From the human T2T-CHM13v2.0 reference genome, Homo sapiens, in assembly GCF_009914755.1 (NCBI RefSeq), contig NC_060934.1: a stretch of DNA of 64,000 nucleotides. One strand, 5' to 3'. Each line of letters begins with the position of its first letter. Within the stretch, counting starts at the first letter, position 1. Made by a program: the position numbers and the translations under genes. The notes beneath the pieces were generated by a model. It searched no databases. It saw only the letters and a list, made by a program, of their open reading frames with translations, and had not been told where the DNA came from. Of the stretch, positions 58,601-64,000 are shown one piece after another.

Positions 58601-61600
58601 ATGGTGAAAAAGGAAACATCTTCAGATAAAAACTAGAAAGAAGCTTTCTGAGAAACTGCTTTGTGATGTGAGCATTCATCTCACAGAGTTAGAATTTTCT
58701 TTCGATTCAGTAGTTTGGAAATAGTGTTTTTGTTCATTCTGCAAATGGATATTGGAGTCCTCATTGAGGCCAATGGGGAAAAAGTGAAAATCCCAGGTAA
58801 AATCTAGACGGAAACTATATGAGAAACTGCTATGGATGTGTGCATTCATCTCAGACAGTGAAGCCATTCTTTTCATTCAGCAGTTTGGAAACACAGTTTT
58901 TGTAGAATCTGCAAAGGGATATTTCAGAGAGCATTTAGGCCTATGCTGAAAAAGGAAACATGTTCAGTAAAAATCAGAAAGAAGATTTCTGAGAAACTGT
59001 TTTGGATGTTTGCGTTCATCTCACAGAGTTAAACATTTCTTTGGATTCAGTAGTTTGGAAAAAGTGTTTTTGTCCATTCTATGAATGGACATTTGAAAGC
59101 TCATTGAGGCCAAAGGCAAAAAAGTGAGCATCCCGTGATAACCACTAGATGGAAGCTATCTGTGAAAGTGCTATGTAATGTGTTCATTCATCTTGCACAG
59201 TTAAACCTTTCTTTTCATTCCTCATTTTGGAAACACTGCTTTTGTAGAATCTGCAAAGGGATATTTCAGAGATCAATGAGGCCTATGGTGAAAATGGAAA
59301 CATCTTCAGGTAAATACTAGAAAGAAGCATTCTGAGAAACTGCTTTGTGATGTGTGCATTCATCTTACAGAGTTGAACCTTTCTTTGGATTCAGCAGTTT
59401 GGAAACACTGTTTTTGTCCATTCTGTGAATGGACATTTTGAGCACATTGAAGCCAACGGGGAAAAAGTGAATATTCCAGGATACAAAGCAGATGGAAGCT
59501 ATCTGATAAACTACTACATGATGTGGGCATTCATCTCACTGAGTTCAACCATTGATTTAATTTAACAGTTTGGAAACACGGTTTTTGTAGAATCTGTAAG
59601 GGGACATTTCAAAGTGCCTTGAGGCCTATAGTGAAAAAGGAAACATCTTCAGATAAAAAATAGAAATAAGTTTTCTGAGAAGCTGCTTTGTGTTGAGAGC
59701 ATTCATCTTACAGAATTCAACCTTCCTTTGGATTCAGCAGTTTCAAAACTCTGTTTTTGTAGAATCTGAAAGGGTATATTTTGGAGAGCACTGATGCCTA
59801 TGGTGAAAAAGGAAGTATCTTCAGAAAAAAAACTAGGAAGATTTCTGAGAAAATGCTTTGTGATGTGTGCATACATCTCACAGACTTAAAAAACTTTCTT
59901 TGGATTCAGTAGTTCAGAAAGAGTGTTTTTGTCCATTCTGCCAATGGACATTTGGAAGCTCATTGAGGTCAATGGCAAAAAAGAGAATATCCCAGGTTAA
60001 AATCTAGAAGGAAGATATCTGAGAAACTGCTATGTGATGTGTGAATTCATCTCACAGAGTTAAACCATCCTTTTCATTCACCAGTGTGGGAACACTGCTT
60101 TTGTAGAATATGCAAAGGGAAATTTCAGAGAGCATGGAGGCATATGGTGAAAAAAAGGAAACGTGTTCAGTAAAAATTAGTAAGAGGATTTAGGAGAAGC
60201 TGCTGTGGAAGTTTGCATTCGTCTTACAGAATTAAACATTTATTTGAATTCACTAGTTAAGAAACAGTGTTTTTTTCCATTCTGTGAATGCTCATTTTGG
60301 GGCTCATTGAGGCCAATGGCAAAAAAGTGAATATCCCAGGATAAAAATTAGACTGAAGGTATCTGAGAAAGTACTTTGTGATGTGTGAATTCATCACACA
60401 GATTTAAACCTGTCTTCAGGTTCAATAGTTTGGAAACACATTTTTGTCCATTCTGCAAATGGACATTTTGGAGCTCATTAGGCCAATGGTGAAAAAGTTA
60501 ATATCCCAGGATAAAAACTATAAGGAAGCTATCTGAGAAACCAATTTGTGATGTGTGCATTCATCTCACAGAGTTAAACCTTTATTTTCATTCAGCAATT
60601 TGGCAAGTCTGTTTTTTTAGAAACTGCATAGGGATATTTCGCAGATCATTGAAGCCTAAGGTAAAAAAGGAAACACCTTCAGATGAAAACAAGAAAGAAG
60701 CTTTCTGAGAAACTGCTTTGTGATGTGCACATTCATCCCACAGAGATGACTTTGGATTCAGGAATTTGGATAGAGTGTTTTGTCCATTCTGCGAATGGAC
60801 ATTTTGGACCTCATTGTGGCCAATAATGGAATACTGAATATCCCAGGATAAAAACTAGACAGAAGCTATCTGAGAAACTACTATGCGATGTGTGCATTTA
60901 TCCCACAGAGTTAAACTTTTTTTTCATTCAGACATTTAGAAACACTGTTTTTGTAGAATCTGCAAAGTGACATTTGGAGAGCATTGAGGCCTACGGTGTA
61001 AAAGGTTACATCTTGAGAAAAAAACTAGAAAGAAATTTTCTTAGAAACTTATTTGTGATGTGTGCATTTGTCTCACAGACTTAAAACTTTCTTTGCATTC
61101 AGTAGTTTGGAAAGACTGTTTTTTCCATTCCGTGAATGGACATGTGGGAGCTTTTTGAGGCCAATGTGGAAAATCAAATATCCCATGATAAAAACCAGAT
61201 GGAAGCTATCTGAGAAACCGCTATGTGATGTATGCATTCCTCTCACAGAGTTAAACCTTTCCTTTCATTGAGCAGTTTTTAAACACAGTTTTGGTAGAAT
61301 CTGTAAAGGGATATTTTGGAGAGCATTGAGGCTCATGGTGAAAAAGGAAACATCTTCAGGTAAACACTTGAAAGAAGCTTTCAGAGAAACTGCTTTGTGA
61401 TGTGTGCATTCATCTCACAGAGTTTAACCTTTCTTTGCATTCAGCAGTTTGGAAATGCTGTTTTTGTAGAATCTGAAGAGGGATATTTCCAAAATCACTG
61501 AGGCCTATGGTGAAAAAGGAAACATCTTCAGACAAAAACCAGAAAGCAGCTTTCAGAGAAAATGCTTAGTGATGTGCGCATTCATCTCACAGAGGTAAAA

Positions 61601-64000
61601 CTTTCTTTGGATTCAGCAGTTTGGAAACACTGCTTTGTAGAATCTGAAAAGGGATATTTCAAAGAGCATTAAGGCCCATGGTGGAAAAGGAAACTTCTTC
61701 AGATAAAAACTAGAAAGAAGCTTTTGGAGAAACCGCTTTCTGAAGTGTGCATTCATCTCACAGACTTAAATATTCCTTTCCATTCAGCAGTGGGTAAACA
61801 CTTTTTTTAACAATATTATTGCAATTTTAAAATACTGCAAAGCAATATTTCAGAGAGCATTGAGGCCTATGGTAAAAAAGGAAACGTCTTCAGATAAAAA
61901 CTAGAAAGAAGCTTTCTGAGAAACTGCTTTGTGATGCATGCATTCATCTCACAGAGTCAAACCTTTCTTTGGATTCCAGAGTTTCGAAATGGGGTTTTTG
62001 TCCATACTGCGAATGGACATTTGCGAGCTCATTAAGGCCAATGGTGAAAAAGTGAACATCCCAGGATAAAAACTAGAAGGAAGCTAACTGAGAAACAGCT
62101 TTTGATGTGTGCATTCATCTCAATTTATACATTTCTTTTCATTCAGCAGTTTGGAACCACTGTTTTTATGTAATCTGTAAAGGGATATTTTGGAGAACAT
62201 TGTGAACTATGGTATAAAAAAGAAATATTATCAGATAAAAACTAAAAAGCAGCTTTCTGAGAAACTACTTTGTGATGTGTGCATTCATCTCACAGACACA
62301 AACCATTCTTTGGATTTAGCAATTTGGAAACTGTTTTTATGCAGAGTTTGCAAAGGGATATTTCAGAGACCCTTGAGACCTATGGTAAAAAGGAAACATC
62401 CTAAGATAAAAACTAGAAGTAAGCTTTCTGAGAAACTGCGTTGTGATGTGTGCATTTATCTCACAGAGCAAATTTTTCTTTGGATTCTGAGAATGGACAT
62501 TTTTTAGCTCATTGAGGTCAATGGCAAAAAAGCAAATATCACAGCAGAATAACTAGAAAGAAGCTATGTGAGAAACTGCTGTGTGATGTGGGCATTCATC
62601 TTGAAGAGTTAAACCTTTCTCTTCATTCAGCAATTTAAAAACTCTATTTTTGTAGAATCTGCAAAAGGATATTTTGGAGAGCATTGAGGCCTTCAGTGAA
62701 ATAGGAAACATCTTAAAATGAAAACCAGAAAAAAACTCTGAGAACCTGCTTTGTTATGTGTGCATTCTTCTCAGAGATTTAAAAACATCCTTTGCATTAA
62801 GTAGTTTGGAAAGAGTGTTTTTGTCCATTCTGTGAATGGACACTTGGGAGTTCATGGGGCCAATGATGAAAAAGCAAATATCCCAGGATAAAAACCAGAA
62901 GGAGGCTATCTGAGAAGCCAGTTTTTGATGTGTGTATTCATCTCACAGAGTTAAACCTTTCTTTTCATTCCGAACTTTGGAAACACTGTTTTTGTAGAAT
63001 ATGCAAAGGGATATTTAGGAGAGCATTGAGCCCTATGGTGAAACAGGAATCACGTTCAGATATAAACTGGAAAGAAGCTGTGAGAAACTGCTTTGTGGTG
63101 TTGGCATTCATCTCACAGAGTTAAACCTTTCTTTATATTCAGTAGTTGGGAAAGAGTGTTTTTGTCCATTCTACGAATGGACATGTGGGAGCTCATTGGG
63201 AACAGTGGTGAAAAAGAGAATATCCCAGGATAAAAGCAGAGTGAAGATCTCTGAGAAACTGTTATATGATGTTTGCATTCATCTCACAGAGTTAAACCAT
63301 TCTTTTCATTCAGCAGCTTGAAAACACTGTTTTTGTAGAATCAGTAAATTGATGTATGGGAGAGCATTCAGGCCTAAGGTGAAGAAGGAAACATCTTCAG
63401 ATAAAAACTAGAAAGAAATTTTCTGAAAACTGCTTTGTAATGTGCGCATTCACCTCACAGAGTTAAAGCTTTCTTTGGATTCAGCAGTTTGGAAACACTG
63501 TTTTTGTCCATTCTGCAAATGGATATTTGGGAGCTCATTGAAGCCAATGGCAAAAAAGTGAATTACCCTACGATAAAAACTAGAAGTAAGGTATCTGATA
63601 AACTGCTTTGTGATTTTGTGCGTTCATCTCACAGAGATAAGCTTTTCTTTTCATTCAACAGTTTGGAATTACTGTTTCTGTAGAATCTGCGAAGGGATAT
63701 TTGGGAGTGCATTGAGACCTATGGTGAAAAAGGAAACATCTTTAGAATAAAAGTAGAAAGAATCTTTCTGAGAAACTGCTTTGTGATGTGTGCATTTATC
63801 TCACAGTTAAACTGTTCTGTGGGTTCAGCAGTTTTGCAGCACTGTTTTTATAGAATCTGCAATGGGATATTTCAGAGAGCATTGAGGCCAATGGTGAAAA
63901 AGAAAACATCTTCAGATAAAAACTAGAAAGAAGCTTTCTGAGAAATTTTTGTGATGTCTGCCTTCAGCTTACACAAGTAAACCTTTCTTTGGATTCAGCA
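52634..64000 (+). repeat. Alpha satellite, divergent dimeric layer, part 2 (continues past window end)
   Basis: Same two alternating monomer types as 27460-49026. The array resumes in register after the L1 target-site duplication (AAAACTTTCTTTAGATTCAG). Confidence 0.95.

Noticed and set aside
53125-63683. Further short ORFs right of the L1
   Set aside because: Same satellite-derived chance frames.

Overview
This window is not a gene-bearing region. It is primate (most likely hominoid) pericentromeric 'dead-layer' alpha satellite DNA: roughly 350 divergent ~171-172 bp monomers, with no canonical CENP-B box and no homogeneous higher-order repeat seen by eye. It has three satellite compartments: an old monomeric family on + (1-25785), a ~10-monomer block of intermediate type on - (25786-27451), and a ~343 bp dimeric family on + (27460-64000). 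Three retrotransposon insertions with recognisable target-site duplications interrupt it: a left-arm-only Alu (9000), a full-length AluY (16054), and a 5'-truncated, 5'-inverted (twin-primed) L1PA3/PA2-like element (49027-52633). Apart from L1 ORF2 remnants, all ORFs in the track are chance satellite or Alu reading frames. I see no support for a novel protein-coding or CRISPR-like system. The interesting signals are structural: the inverted intermediate block at the family boundary, relic multi-monomer duplications (1-, 2-, 4/5-, 5-, 6- and ~12-mer offsets) hidden in 'monomeric' DNA, an imported younger-looking monomer, fold-back insertions and the half-Alu. All comparisons were made by eye; no identities were computed.
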